Position numbers and translations under genes: made by a program. DNA of 64,000 bases, taken from the NCBI GenBank assembly GCA_016235085.1, contig JACRMA010000137.1, forward strand, positions 11,106 to 75,105. The letters are read 5' to 3'. Positions 9,618-18,968 of this stretch are shown here, in pieces. Under the pieces are notes generated by a model. It saw only the letters and a list, made by a program, of their open reading frames with translations. It did no database searches and was not told the DNA's origin. How positions within the stretch are numbered: the first letter of the stretch is position 1; each line of letters starts with the position of its first letter. The DNA is from Candidatus Zixiibacteriota bacterium (GTDB lineage: Bacteria; Zixibacteria; MSB-5A5; WJJR01).

Positions 9618-9697
9618 CTTTTCTAACGTCTTGGCGTGTTTTGTTAGAAAAGTGTTAGAAAGAACCGCTTGACACCGAATTCATTAAGATATACGAT
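9618..9697 (+). promoter_or_regulatory. Putative abiEi promoter/operator: a 10-bp perfect IR cttttctaac-N15-gttagaaaag plus a direct repeat gttagaaa(g), then TTGACA (9669-9674) and a candidate -10 tacgat 17 bp downstream
   Basis: Motifs read directly. AbiEi antitoxins are known to autoregulate through inverted repeats in their promoter (established for AbiE systems); assigning that role here is inference. Confidence 0.4.
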
Positions 9698-9716
9698 TAC
9701 ACCGTAGAATGGTACA

Positions 9717-10541
9717 ATGACTACTCGAAGCAAAATGACTGGTATTGGCTCAAAAGAAGCAGAACTCATCGCAGCGATAAGCAACCGCGGTCTTCGAGTA
9801 TTCACCATTACAGAGGCTGCGCAGCTTCTCAACATCACGAATCGAGCCGTATCGAAACTCGTTCACCAGTTGACGCAGAAGCGCAAACTTCAGCCCATCG
9901 AGAAAGCGAGGTACCTCCTCATTCCCCCCGAGGCGTGGAAGGCGGGTGAATACACCGAGGAAGGCACGATCATCGCTTCACAGCTTGTGAAGCCTTACGC
10001 ACTGGCATACTGGACGGCGCTTTCGTTCCACGGCTGGACCGAGCAGGCTTCGCGTACGATCTTTGTCCAGACGACAAAGCTCAAACGTCCGGTCGAGATA
10101 CAAGGCATGACCATTCGCTTCGTCAAATTGAAAGCCGAGCGCTTCTTCGGCTCCGAGGTGCACTGGATGGGATCGCAGCAAGTCGTAGTCACCGACAAAG
10201 AAAAGACCATCGTTGACTGCCTTGACCAACCCCGCTACTGCGGCGAAATCGTCGAGGCCGCTAAGGGCTTGTGGAACGGACGCGACTCCATTATTCCCAA
10301 ACGACTCCTTGAATACGCACTACGCATGGGCAACGGTGCCGTCATCAAGCGTCTCGGTTTCCTCGCCGAGATTCTGGACGTATTCGATGAGCGTTACCGC
10401 AGGCAGTTGCGTAAGCACGTAACCCCGGCGTTCGTCGCGCTTGACCCCGGCCAGGGCAGGGGGACTGGAGCTTACAACACAGACTGGTATGTTCGCGTCA
10501 ACATCAACCCGAAGAACTTGACTGAATGGATGACCCACTGA
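9717..10541 (+). CDS. abiEi: AbiEi-family antitoxin/transcriptional regulator (type IV toxin-antitoxin, AbiE abortive-infection system)
   Basis: N-terminal wHTH region (ITEAAQLLNITNRAVSKLVHQL) and a ~270 aa two-domain architecture typical of AbiEi. Immediately upstream of an AbiEii-like nucleotidyltransferase, 4-nt gap. Confidence 0.7.
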   Translation: MTTRSKMTGIGSKEAELIAAISNRGLRVFTITEAAQLLNITNRAVSKLVHQLTQKRKLQPIEKARYLLIPPEAWKAGEYTEEGTIIASQLVKPYALAYWTALSFHGWTEQASRTIFVQTTKLKRPVEIQGMTIRFVKLKAERFFGSEVHWMGSQQVVVTDKEKTIVDCLDQPRYCGEIVEAAKGLWNGRDSIIPKRLLEYALRMGNGAVIKRLGFLAEILDVFDERYRRQLRKHVTPAFVALDPGQGRGTGAYNTDWYVRVNINPKNLTEWMTH

Positions 10542-10545
10542 GATC

Positions 10546-11268
10546 ATGATCGAAGCCACTCAGATTCGCACCATCGCGGCACAGGCCAAGATCGACCCAG
10601 GCATCATCGAGAAAGATTACATGCTTTCCAAGGCCCTCATGGCGCTCGCGACCCTCGACAGTTTCAAGGACTCACTGGTATTCAAAGGCGGAACAGCCTT
10701 GAAGAAGTGTTACTTTCCGGGCTGGCGCTTTTCCGAAGACCTTGACTTCACCAGCAAGACCCAGATGAAGCGATCTGACATCATGGCAATCTTCGAGCAA
10801 GCGACGTCCGCATCTTCCTCAATGTTCGGGGTCCCGCTTCGCGTCATCGAATACTCGCAGTGCCCAAGGACGCGCGGACCTATTGTCTCTGCCCAACTCA
10901 AAATCGGCTACGATGGACCTTTGAGAAAATCCAGTGGCCAGAAGAACAACATTCGAGTCGACATTGCGTTCGATGAAAAGATCGTATCCAAGACTCCTGA
11001 GCGCGGCCTATTCAAAACCTACCAGGACGACATCGACACCGCCCTGCCCCTCTATCCCCTTGAGGAAATCGCCGCCGAGAAACTCCGCAGCATCCTTCAG
11101 CGCGGAAAAAGTCGCGATTACTATGACGTGTGGGTCCTGCTGAAGGACTACAAATCCGACTTTTCTCTGCAGCGAACTCGTGAGATACTGAAGCAAGCAG
11201 AAGTGCGACCACAACGGTATCCCATTCCCCACGGTCGAAAGCTTCCTCGAACCGGAGCGTACCGATGA
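10546..11268 (+). CDS. abiEii: AbiEii-family toxin (DUF1814 nucleotidyltransferase); the C-terminus appears frameshifted, and the conserved C-terminal residues continue in another frame to ~11374
   Basis: Hallmark motif FKGGTALKKCYFPGWRFSEDLDF. The ORF stops at 240 aa, but the +1 frame from ~11215 reads VESFLEPERTDEAARYWERGLAHQLAALPSFDKMLKELSTLLQEFT*, which is AbiEii C-terminus-like. Confidence 0.65.
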   Translation: MIEATQIRTIAAQAKIDPGIIEKDYMLSKALMALATLDSFKDSLVFKGGTALKKCYFPGWRFSEDLDFTSKTQMKRSDIMAIFEQATSASSSMFGVPLRVIEYSQCPRTRGPIVSAQLKIGYDGPLRKSSGQKNNIRVDIAFDEKIVSKTPERGLFKTYQDDIDTALPLYPLEEIAAEKLRSILQRGKSRDYYDVWVLLKDYKSDFSLQRTREILKQAEVRPQRYPIPHGRKLPRTGAYR

Positions 11269-11476
11269 AGCGGCACGCTACTGGGAACGCGGACTCGCGC
11301 ACCAGTTGGCGGCGCTTCCGTCGTTCGATAAGATGCTCAAGGAGCTCAGTACGCTCCTGCAGGAATTTACCTGATTGAGGCGCCACTCTAAACGATCCTA
11401 ACAACTGTCAGAACCACAATGTCCCCAATTTGGCGGGAATGAAAGAACTCCCCGAAGTGTTTCCACTTCAGGGAGT

Positions 11477-11540
11477 TAAGCTTGGTAGCGGGGCTGGGGT
11501 TTCCCGCCGCGGTGGACTCCACCCCGCGGCTTCGACCGCT
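11477..11540. repeat. tRNA-fMet-derived fragment repeat, copy 1 (minus-strand reading ...ccgcggggtggagtcc..ggcgggaaaccccagccccgctacca)
   Basis: Shares 28-nt (tggtagcggggctggg..ttcccgcc) and 27-nt (ccgccgcggYggactccaccccgcggc) blocks with the copies at 11560-11592 and 12073-12100. Confidence 0.6.
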
Positions 11541-11556
11541 AAACGATTTCTGATAA

Positions 11557-11641
<85 letters not shown>

Positions 11642-11717
11642 CGGCCGGACAGGAAGGAACGCCGTCCACTTGACCAAGTCAAGCGATTCATGAGTGATTG
11701 GGAGTGCCGGGGCGAGG

Positions 11718-12035
11718 TTAGCCCGAGGAACTACTCCGAAGGGTGGACGGCACCATACCCTCCCGCTTAGTCTGTTCGGTGGAGTTCGATGCTACGACTG
11801 GATTGAGAATCCCCTTCAAATACTCCCGTGCTCTTCCTGTTTTGAGCCACTTCTCCCGGGCCATAGCCTCGCCACGGGAGGGAAACTCCTCCGTATGGAC
11901 CACGTGCCAGTCTGAATCTGCTTTTGTTGTCTTGCAGAGGCCATTCCTGTGTTCATGCAGACGACGGTCGAGGTTGTCGGTGTGCCCGGTGTACTGCAAT
12001 CCACCACGTGATTTGAGCACGTAGACGATAAACAT
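11718..12035 (-). CDS. GIY-YIG nuclease-superfamily protein (UPF0213/YhbQ-like)
   Basis: MFIVYVLKSRGGLQYTGHTDNLDRRLHEHRNG..REKWLK matches the GIY-YIG core (YVYIL..G..YIG.T.NL.RRL.EH). The start is set at the Met preceding the GIY-YIG core; the ORF-track N-terminal extension has low-complexity composition. Confidence 0.7.
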   Translation of the reverse strand: MFIVYVLKSRGGLQYTGHTDNLDRRLHEHRNGLCKTTKADSDWHVVHTEEFPSRGEAMAREKWLKTGRAREYLKGILNPVVASNSTEQTKREGMVPSTLRSSSSG

Positions 12036-12044
12036 ACAGAAGGT

Positions 12045-12110
12045 TGCTTGGAAGGAGCCCGACGAGCTACTCCGCCGCGGCGGACTCCACCCCGCGGCCG
12101 GGGGCCAATG
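12045..12110. repeat. tRNA-fMet-derived fragment repeat, copy 3 (contains gagcccgacgagctac plus ccgccgcggcggactccaccccgcggccgg)
   Basis: A 16-nt block identical to 11599-11614 and a 27-nt block matching 11505-11531; on the minus strand it includes gcggggtggag, the tRNA-fMet 5' end. Confidence 0.6.
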
Positions 12111-12372
12111 AAGGGAGCCGGTGGTCAATGTCAAGCGAGTCGTCGGAATCTCTGGTCACTCCTTGGTCTTACGACTCTTGGCAGCGCGCCAATCGAATCT
12201 CCCTCGTGCGCGGGTCGGACTGCGGATGCTTCGTCGCTTCGCTCCTCAGCATGACAGGAGTGACACGTGGGCATGATAGAGCACACTCAGAGCAGCATCG
12301 GATCGGGACTCAAATACCTGCTTTTCGGGGCTGCCAAAGGAATGTAGGTTACGATCAACTCTCGACTGGAGA

Positions 12373-12930
12373 ATGCCCATGACCCGTCCCGATGCCCTTG
12401 CCCTGCTCAATGAGTACACGAAGAACCCGGCACTGATCAAGCATGCGCTGGCGGTAGAAGCCGCGATGCGGGCGTACGCGCGGAAGTTTGGCGAAGATGA
12501 AGAAGTCTGGGGTGTGATCGGGTTGATTCACGACTTCGATTACGAGCGGTACCCGACCGCTGCCGACCATCCGTATCGTGGGGCGGAGATTCTCCGCTCC
12601 AAAGGTGTGGCCGAGGATTGGATCCGCACAATCATGTCGCACGCGGAATACACCGGCGTGCCGCGCGACTCGATCCGGGCCAAGGCGCTTTTCGCCGTCG
12701 ATGAACTCTGCGGATTCCTGACGGCCGTAACCTTTGTCCGTCCCGAGAAGAAGATCGCCGCCGTCGAGGTGGCGTCCGTGCGCAAGAAGATGAAACAGAA
12801 AGCCTTTGCCGCCCAGGTATCGCGCGAGGATATCACCAACGGTGCTGCCGACCTGGGTGTTGAGTTGGATGAACACATCGCATTCGTGATCAGCGCGCTG
12901 GCGGGGATTGCGAACGAACTTGGTTTGTAA
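12373..12930 (+). CDS. HD-domain metal-dependent phosphohydrolase (COG2316-like)
   Basis: The H..HD motif (HALAVEAAMRAYA...GLIHDFDYE) matches the HD superfamily; 185 aa. Confidence 0.7.
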   Translation: MPMTRPDALALLNEYTKNPALIKHALAVEAAMRAYARKFGEDEEVWGVIGLIHDFDYERYPTAADHPYRGAEILRSKGVAEDWIRTIMSHAEYTGVPRDSIRAKALFAVDELCGFLTAVTFVRPEKKIAAVEVASVRKKMKQKAFAAQVSREDITNGAADLGVELDEHIAFVISALAGIANELGL

Positions 12931-13119
12931 TGGCGGGTAACTCACCTCTCACGCGATCGTGGCGAGGGAAAAAGGGCGGGCAGAGCCTGCCCTGCTCAGG
13001 TAAGCGGATAATTCTCATCATGGCAGGGGCATCCTGCCCATGCAGTACAGGCGAGACGCCCGTGCCGCTATATGAAGGGTGGGCAAGCCCCGCCTCGCTG
13101 CGCGACTCCCAGCGGCGGA

Positions 13120-13716
13120 TTAAGGCGTTACAACGAGACGCACCGAGCGCTCGTAGTAGTCGGCCGCCAGGCCGCGCGCCAGCGATTTGAACAAGACCTG
13201 CAAGTCCACGGTCGTGTCCTGCGCATTCTCGAGCGGCCGGATCGTCATGGTGATCGCGGCCAACTTATCGCCGGGATACCCATCAACCTGCTCGACGAGC
13301 CTCTTGCCGCAGAAGGGGCGGTTGACCTCCCAGCCTGGCGCGAACTTCAAGGCGGATTCGTGGGCGCTTTCGAGGGCCGGTGTGAAAACGTAAAGCCACC
13401 CGACCATGTCGGGTGGGAAACGCACGCCCGGCTTCATACCAAAAATCGATTTCACCCGTCGCTCTTCGCCCCGCTTGACCGCGATCTCAAACGATCCATC
13501 TGCTTTCCGGAACGACCCTTTCGATACCGGATCGACGATGTCGAGCACAATCATCGACGTGTCGGTCCAGGATCCCGCGGCAGTGTGGCATCCCATACAA
13601 TTCTTGTGACGGCTTTCCAATGAAGCCGCCGGCCAGCCATAGGCATCCGCGCCGGATGACACCGCGATCAGCAGTGCGGCCATGACCAGCCACTGAGATT
13701 TGAGTCTTGCGCGCAT
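13120..13716 (-). CDS. Secreted monoheme c-type cytochrome
   Basis: CxxCH heme-binding site (CMGCH), signal peptide MRARLKSQWLVMAALLIAVSSGADA, RBS aggaga 7 nt upstream of the chosen ATG. Confidence 0.6.
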   Translation of the reverse strand: MRARLKSQWLVMAALLIAVSSGADAYGWPAASLESRHKNCMGCHTAAGSWTDTSMIVLDIVDPVSKGSFRKADGSFEIAVKRGEERRVKSIFGMKPGVRFPPDMVGWLYVFTPALESAHESALKFAPGWEVNRPFCGKRLVEQVDGYPGDKLAAITMTIRPLENAQDTTVDLQVLFKSLARGLAADYYERSVRLVVTP

Positions 13717-13747
13717 TGGCGAGTCTCCTTCCACGTTTGGTTGGATT

Positions 13748-14467
13748 CTACTTGTCCTCGTGACGATCCCTGCGGTACTCCGCCAGCTTCCGTTCCCCCA
13801 AAGGCTGCCTGCGCTTAATACGCACCGATCCGCGGCATTCGTCGCGGAAACTGGAATTGACGATCAGATTCACAATGAACGTAATCGCCATCGTGATTGC
13901 GGCGCCCAAGGCGGCCAGTGCCATGTCCTTTTGCGCATCCCAGGGATCGCCCTGTGCGCCCAGAAAGGCGATGCCCGCCTCGGGATTGACCACAATCGTC
14001 GAGGCCCATTCGACCAATTCATAGATCGCGGAGAACGAGATCATCAAGTCCAGCGGCAGTGCGATTCCCCAAATTCCGCGTGTGCCAATCACGCGGTAAT
14101 ACAACTCGCGGACAGGGTAAGCCAGAAGCAAACCGAAGCAAAAGTGAACCACGCGGTCAAAGTTGTTGCGCTGCCAGCCGAAGATCGGGGCCATCCAGTC
14201 GCCCAGCGGTGTCTCGGCGTAGGTGTAGTGCGCGCCGATGGCGTGCAGAATCATGAAGACGGTCAGGGGAATGTACGAGAGATTGGATAACGGAAAAGCA
14301 CGATAGGTTACGATGAAGAACAGCACGCCCAGGATCGCCAGGATGTTTTCCAGCAGCCAATCGGCGGGATACACCGGATTGATCGCCATGACCGCCCAGA
14401 CGATGGCGTAGATCCCCAGGCAAATGAGTGGAACGATCCGGGGCTTGGGGCGCTGGTGTTGCTGCAC
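13748..14467 (-). CDS. Polytopic membrane protein, DUF2238 (YjdF-like) family; start uncertain (GTG at ~14467 proposed)
   Basis: Multiple predicted TM helices and similarity of the central region to YjdF-type proteins. The first ~70 codons of the ORF-track product are Arg/Cys-rich and unlikely to be coding. Confidence 0.45.
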   Translation of the reverse strand: MQQHQRPKPRIVPLICLGIYAIVWAVMAINPVYPADWLLENILAILGVLFFIVTYRAFPLSNLSYIPLTVFMILHAIGAHYTYAETPLGDWMAPIFGWQRNNFDRVVHFCFGLLLAYPVRELYYRVIGTRGIWGIALPLDLMISFSAIYELVEWASTIVVNPEAGIAFLGAQGDPWDAQKDMALAALGAAITMAITFIVNLIVNSSFRDECRGSVRIKRRQPLGERKLAEYRRDRHEDK

Positions 14468-14608
14468 GAGAGATCTTCCTCCGACGCAATATCCGGCAAG
14501 GCACAGATGGCGGCAACGTCCATTCCGAACCGTATGAAACCGGGCACGGCGTTTTGGCGGCGGCATAGGCAGGATCGGGGTGTTGAAGAAGCCCTCCGAA
14601 AGGTGGCG

Positions 14609-14760
14609 ACAGTTGTGTAAGGGGGAGGTTGCTTCGGTGCAAAGAGCCGCGCCTCGCAACGACATCACACTGGTCGTTGGCAACGCAAAGGCACAGTTGT
14701 CGTTGCGAGGAGCGTCTCCGCCGAAGGTAGCGACGAAGCAACCTCCCCCTTACACAACTG
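14609..14760. repeat. Nested inverted-repeat element: outer 27-bp perfect arms (cagttgtgtaagggggaggttgcttcg / cgaagcaacctcccccttacacaactg) enclosing an inner 13-bp IR (cctcgcaacgaca / tgtcgttgcgagg)
   Basis: Read directly; lies between purA (stop 14836) and the DUF2238 gene, both on the minus strand. Confidence 0.7.
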
Positions 14761-14835
14761 CCGCGATCTCGAGGACAAGTTTTTCAACAGGTCCAGGATA
14801 CGCAAGCAACCCAGTTGCCAGCGCGTCAATGCCCG

Positions 14836-16146
14836 TCAGGCGCCGACGAGGCTGTGATGATTTTCGAGCAGGATCGTCTCTTCGCGTTCAGGGCCGGTGG
14901 AGACCATGAGCAACTTCACGTGCAATGAATCGCACACGAATTTCAGGTAGTTCTTAGAGGCCGACGGGAGTTCGTCGAAGTCAGTCAAACCCACGGTGCG
15001 TTGTTTCCAACCGGGCATCGTCTTGTAGACCGGCTTGACCTCATCGAGACGCGCGCCGTCAAACGGGACTTCAGTGGTACGCTGGCCACGATGTTCGTAG
15101 GCGACGCAAACCGGGATTTCGTCGAATTCGTCGAGCACATCAAGCTTGGTTACGGCGATATGCGTAATGCCGTTGACCCGAACCGCGTATTTGAGCGCGA
15201 CCAGGTCCAGCCATCCGCAACGGCGCGACCGGCCGGTGGTTGTGCCGAACTCGTTTCCACCCGCCTGAAGCCGATTGCCGTCATCGTTGAGCGCTTCGGT
15301 AGGGAATGGGCCGTTACCGACGCGCGTCGTGTACGCCTTGACCACGCCAATCACGCGTCCGATCGCACTGGGCGGAATTCCCAGCCCGGTGCAAGCGCCG
15401 CCGACCGTGGTGCTCGACGACGTGACATACGGGTATGTCCCAAAATCGATGTCGAGCAAGACTCCCTGCGCGCCTTCATAGAGGATCGATTGCCCGCGAC
15501 GGACCGCGTCATCCAAGAGCAGAGGACCATCAACGATCATCGGTGTCAGCCGGGCAATGCACGGTTGAAGCTCCTGCAGCACCGATTCCGCGGTGCAACC
15601 CCTGGAGCTCAAAAGTCCATTGGTGATGCGATTCCAGTAGTCGATTGCCTGGCGAAGACTGCGTCCCAGCCTGTCTGGATCGAGCAGATCGCCGGCACGG
15701 ACACCGCGGCGGGCGATCTTGTCGGCGTAGGCCGGGCCGATGCCGCGCATGGTTGTGCCGATCTTCTCGGCGCTTGACCGGCACTCCTCGCCTTGTTCCT
15801 CCAGAAGTTTGTGGTGAGGGAGGACCAGGTGCGCAGCGGAGGCAACAAACAGCCGGTCATCGACTTTGATGCCAGCTTTGATCAGGCTGTCGATCTCGTT
15901 GAACAGTGCGGGCAAGTCCAGCACGACTCCGTGGCCGATCAGGCAGCGTGCCTGGGGGGAGAGGATGCCGGTGGGAACGAGATGCAGGGCGAACTTGGTC
16001 TGACCGACTTTGACAGTGTGTCCCGCGTTGGCCCCTCCGGCGTAACGCGCCACCCAGTCTGCCGACTTGGCCAGCAGATCGACGACCTTTCCCTTACCCT
16101 CATCGCCCCATTGGGCCCCCAGCACCACACAGTTCGACATGGACAA
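14836..16146 (-). CDS. purA: Adenylosuccinate synthetase
   Basis: N-terminal P-loop QWGDEGKGK, GDEGKG..VDLL; 436 aa. Confidence 0.9.
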   Translation of the reverse strand: MSMSNCVVLGAQWGDEGKGKVVDLLAKSADWVARYAGGANAGHTVKVGQTKFALHLVPTGILSPQARCLIGHGVVLDLPALFNEIDSLIKAGIKVDDRLFVASAAHLVLPHHKLLEEQGEECRSSAEKIGTTMRGIGPAYADKIARRGVRAGDLLDPDRLGRSLRQAIDYWNRITNGLLSSRGCTAESVLQELQPCIARLTPMIVDGPLLLDDAVRRGQSILYEGAQGVLLDIDFGTYPYVTSSSTTVGGACTGLGIPPSAIGRVIGVVKAYTTRVGNGPFPTEALNDDGNRLQAGGNEFGTTTGRSRRCGWLDLVALKYAVRVNGITHIAVTKLDVLDEFDEIPVCVAYEHRGQRTTEVPFDGARLDEVKPVYKTMPGWKQRTVGLTDFDELPSASKNYLKFVCDSLHVKLLMVSTGPEREETILLENHHSLVGA

Positions 16147-16152
16147 TCCTTC

Positions 16153-16764
16153 CTATTGTTTCAATGGCGCGCGCGTTCGTGCCCGCCGCAAATCATCGAT
16201 CCATTGCCAGAGATGATCCTTGCCGTCACCGGTGTTCGACGAGAACAGCAACGGGGACTCCTGACTGTTTGCCACCGCCGGAGCCCAACGGCGCACCGAC
16301 TGCGCCTGTTCGCTCCGCGTCAATTTATCACTCTTCGTCAGCACGACAAGAGATGGTTTGTCCCATTGTCCCAGCCATGCCAGCCAGTCCTGATCCTCGG
16401 CCGTGGGGTCACGCCTCGCATCGAACAGCGCCACCAGTCCAACAAGCTGTTTCGATTTGTTGAGGTATGTTTCAATGAGCGCTCCCCAATCCCGCCGCAT
16501 CGACTTTGACACTTTCGCGTAACCGTAACCAGGTAGATCTACCAAATAGAACGCCCCGGCCGCGCCCGGTTCGATCCGGAAGTAGTTCAGGCATTGGGTT
16601 TTCCCCGGCGTGCCGGAGGTCTTGGCGAGTTGGCGCCGCCCGGTGATCTTGTTGATCAGAGACGATTTCCCGACATTGGACTTGCCGGCGATGGCTACCT
16701 CAACAAGCCGATCCTGAGGCAGATCGTCAATCTTGTAAACGCTCTTGACGTAGCTCGACTCCAT
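16153..16764 (-). CDS. engB: Ribosome-biogenesis GTPase EngB/YsxC (YihA)
   Basis: G1 GKSNVGKSSLIN, G2/G3 TPGKTQ...DLPGYGYA, and the TKSDK G4 motif. Confidence 0.85.
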   Translation of the reverse strand: MESSYVKSVYKIDDLPQDRLVEVAIAGKSNVGKSSLINKITGRRQLAKTSGTPGKTQCLNYFRIEPGAAGAFYLVDLPGYGYAKVSKSMRRDWGALIETYLNKSKQLVGLVALFDARRDPTAEDQDWLAWLGQWDKPSLVVLTKSDKLTRSEQAQSVRRWAPAVANSQESPLLFSSNTGDGKDHLWQWIDDLRRARTRAPLKQ

Positions 16765-16833
16765 ACCTTTTCACACATTCCGGCGTAATCTCACGGATGT
16801 CTCGCAGCGGACAGCGTGTACTGCGAATGACCG

Positions 16834-18108
16834 TCAGGCGCTCTTTTTCCGGGTCTTGGCGAATTCCAAAATGGGCCGCGCGCGATTGGCGACGGCGTCG
16901 GCCGTGAGGACCACGCGTTTCAGCGATTCCATTGACGGCAGCTCAAACATCAAATCGAGCAGCGCCCGTTCCAGAATCGAGCGCAATCCCCGTGCCCCGG
17001 TCTTGCGTTTAATCGTGTGTGCCACGATCTCCTGCAGTGCGGCGGGCTCGATGATAAGCTCGACACCTTCCATCTCGAAGAGAACCTGATACTGGCGCAC
17101 CAACGCGTTCTTTGGTTCGGTGAGAATACGTGTCAGCGCCGGCGCATCCAGTTCATCGAATGACGCTGCGACAGGGAGGCGCCCGATCAGTTCCGGAATC
17201 AAACCGTATTCGAGCAGGTCCTCGGCTTCGACCTGGGACAGCACTTCCGACGTCGTCATGTTGCGCAGCGACTCGGGGCTGCTATGGAACCCGACATTAC
17301 GTTTGCCGATCCGTCGGTTGATGATCGGTTCCAGTCCGTGGAATGCCCCGCCGCAAATGAACAGGATGTTCTGCGTATCGATCTTCACGAACGCCTGTTC
17401 GGGATGCTTACGCCCGCCCTTGGGCGGAACATTGGCGACCGTTCCTTCCAGGATTTTCAGAAGTCCCTGCTGGACACCCTCGCCGGAGACATCGCGCGTG
17501 ATCGATGGATTGGCATCCTTGCGGGCGATCTTGTCGATCTCGTCGATGTAAACGATGCCGCGCTCGGCGCGGGCGACATTGTAGTCGGCGGCCTGTAGCA
17601 GACGGACAAGAATGCTCTCGACGTCCTCCCCGACATACCCGGCTTCAGTGAGGACCGTGGCATCGGCGATGCAGAACGGCACCGCGAGCAGACGGGCGAG
17701 CGTGCGGGCCATGAGTGTCTTACCGGTGCCTGTCGGCCCGATCATCAGGATGTTCGACTTCTCCAGCTCGACGGCCTTTTGCCATTCCGGATAAAACACT
17801 CGTTTGTAGTGGTTGTGAACCGCCACTGAGACAACCCGTTTGGCCCGATCCTGTCCAATGAGGTATTGATCGAGGTAGGCTTTGATCGCGGTGGGTGGGG
17901 GGAGTTCCTCGCGGGCGACTTCCTCCACCGGGGCGGCGACATCGGACTCGGCCAAAAGGCCGTAGCAGGTGCGCACGCACTCATCGCAAATCAGGGCGTG
18001 GAACCCGGAGAAGATTTTGCGCACACGGGTCGGGTCTTTGCCGCAAAAGGAGCAGCGCGCCTTCCCGAAGACTTCTTTGTCAATTGGGGGTTCGTTTTTC
18101 TCGCTCAT
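16834..18108 (-). CDS. clpX: ATP-dependent Clp protease ATP-binding subunit ClpX
   Basis: N-terminal C4 zinc finger (CSFCGK..C.EC), Walker [16 protein letters not shown], and the IDEIDKI pore/sensor motifs. Confidence 0.9.
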   Translation of the reverse strand: MSEKNEPPIDKEVFGKARCSFCGKDPTRVRKIFSGFHALICDECVRTCYGLLAESDVAAPVEEVAREELPPPTAIKAYLDQYLIGQDRAKRVVSVAVHNHYKRVFYPEWQKAVELEKSNILMIGPTGTGKTLMARTLARLLAVPFCIADATVLTEAGYVGEDVESILVRLLQAADYNVARAERGIVYIDEIDKIARKDANPSITRDVSGEGVQQGLLKILEGTVANVPPKGGRKHPEQAFVKIDTQNILFICGGAFHGLEPIINRRIGKRNVGFHSSPESLRNMTTSEVLSQVEAEDLLEYGLIPELIGRLPVAASFDELDAPALTRILTEPKNALVRQYQVLFEMEGVELIIEPAALQEIVAHTIKRKTGARGLRSILERALLDLMFELPSMESLKRVVLTADAVANRARPILEFAKTRKKSA

Positions 18109-18224
18109 CGCATTCCACCGGTTCTGAGTCGTTTCCGCCCGGGAACCTCGTCAGTATCCATTTCCAAACGAAAGGCCGAGCGGTTTGCCCGCATCGGCCC
18201 GATCTTGTGCCGTGATAGAATATA

Positions 18225-18827
18225 CTACGCCTTGGCGGGCGGCGTCACTTTCTTTTCGTACACGATATCGATGATGCCGTACGCTTTCGCTTCCTCGGCC
18301 GACATGAAATAATTCCGGTCGGTGTCGTGCTCGATCTTCTCGATCGGCTGATTGGTGTGTTTCACCAAAATCTCGTTAAGGCGCTGCTTGAGGGCGAGCA
18401 ATTCCCGGGCGTGGATTTCGATGTCGGACACCTGGCCCTGGACTCCGCCCCACGGCTGGTGAATCATGACGCGGGCGTTGGGGAGAGCGGTCCGCTTGCC
18501 GGGCGCGCCCGCGGTCAAGAGCAACGCTCCCATCGATGCGGCCATACCCACGCAGGTGGTGGCGACGTCCGGTTTGACGAACTGCATGGTGTCGTAGATC
18601 GCCAGTCCGGCGGACACGACGCCTCCGGGAGAGTTGATGTAAACGAAGATGTCCTTCTCCGGATCCTCGGCCGCCAGAAACAACAACTGCGCGATGACCA
18701 CGTTGGCGACATTGTCGTCGATCGGCGTGCCGATGAAGACAATCCGGTCCTTGAGAAGCCGCGAGTAAATATCATACGAGCGTTCACCACGCCCTGTCTG
18801 TTCGACCACGAATGGAATCAACGTCAT
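18225..18827 (-). CDS. clpP: ATP-dependent Clp protease proteolytic subunit ClpP
   Basis: Catalytic Ser context [11 protein letters not shown], His in MIHQPWGG; 200 aa. Confidence 0.9.
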   Translation of the reverse strand: MTLIPFVVEQTGRGERSYDIYSRLLKDRIVFIGTPIDDNVANVVIAQLLFLAAEDPEKDIFVYINSPGGVVSAGLAIYDTMQFVKPDVATTCVGMAASMGALLLTAGAPGKRTALPNARVMIHQPWGGVQGQVSDIEIHARELLALKQRLNEILVKHTNQPIEKIEHDTDRNYFMSAEEAKAYGIIDIVYEKKVTPPAKA

Positions 18828-18968
18828 TCTCCAGTTCTCCTTGTGATTGTCCGTGCAAATCCGTTTCGCTGGCCGGCGGAACGTCTTGCCCCTCCCTGCC
18901 TTTTAAGATCGGCTGCCGGCCGTATCCTGTTCACCTTGCCACAAAGGTTGGGTTGACAGATTTAACCC

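Noticed and set aside
13748-14683. Full 311-aa ORF as the DUF2238-like protein
   Set aside because: The N-terminal ~70 residues are Cys/Arg-rich with no RBS, so a shorter product starting near 14467 was preferred. The start remains uncertain.
15001-16509. Plus-strand ORFs of 258 and 238 aa overlapping purA
   Set aside because: They are antisense to purA (clear P-loop and adenylosuccinate synthetase motifs), and their composition is Arg/Ala-rich.
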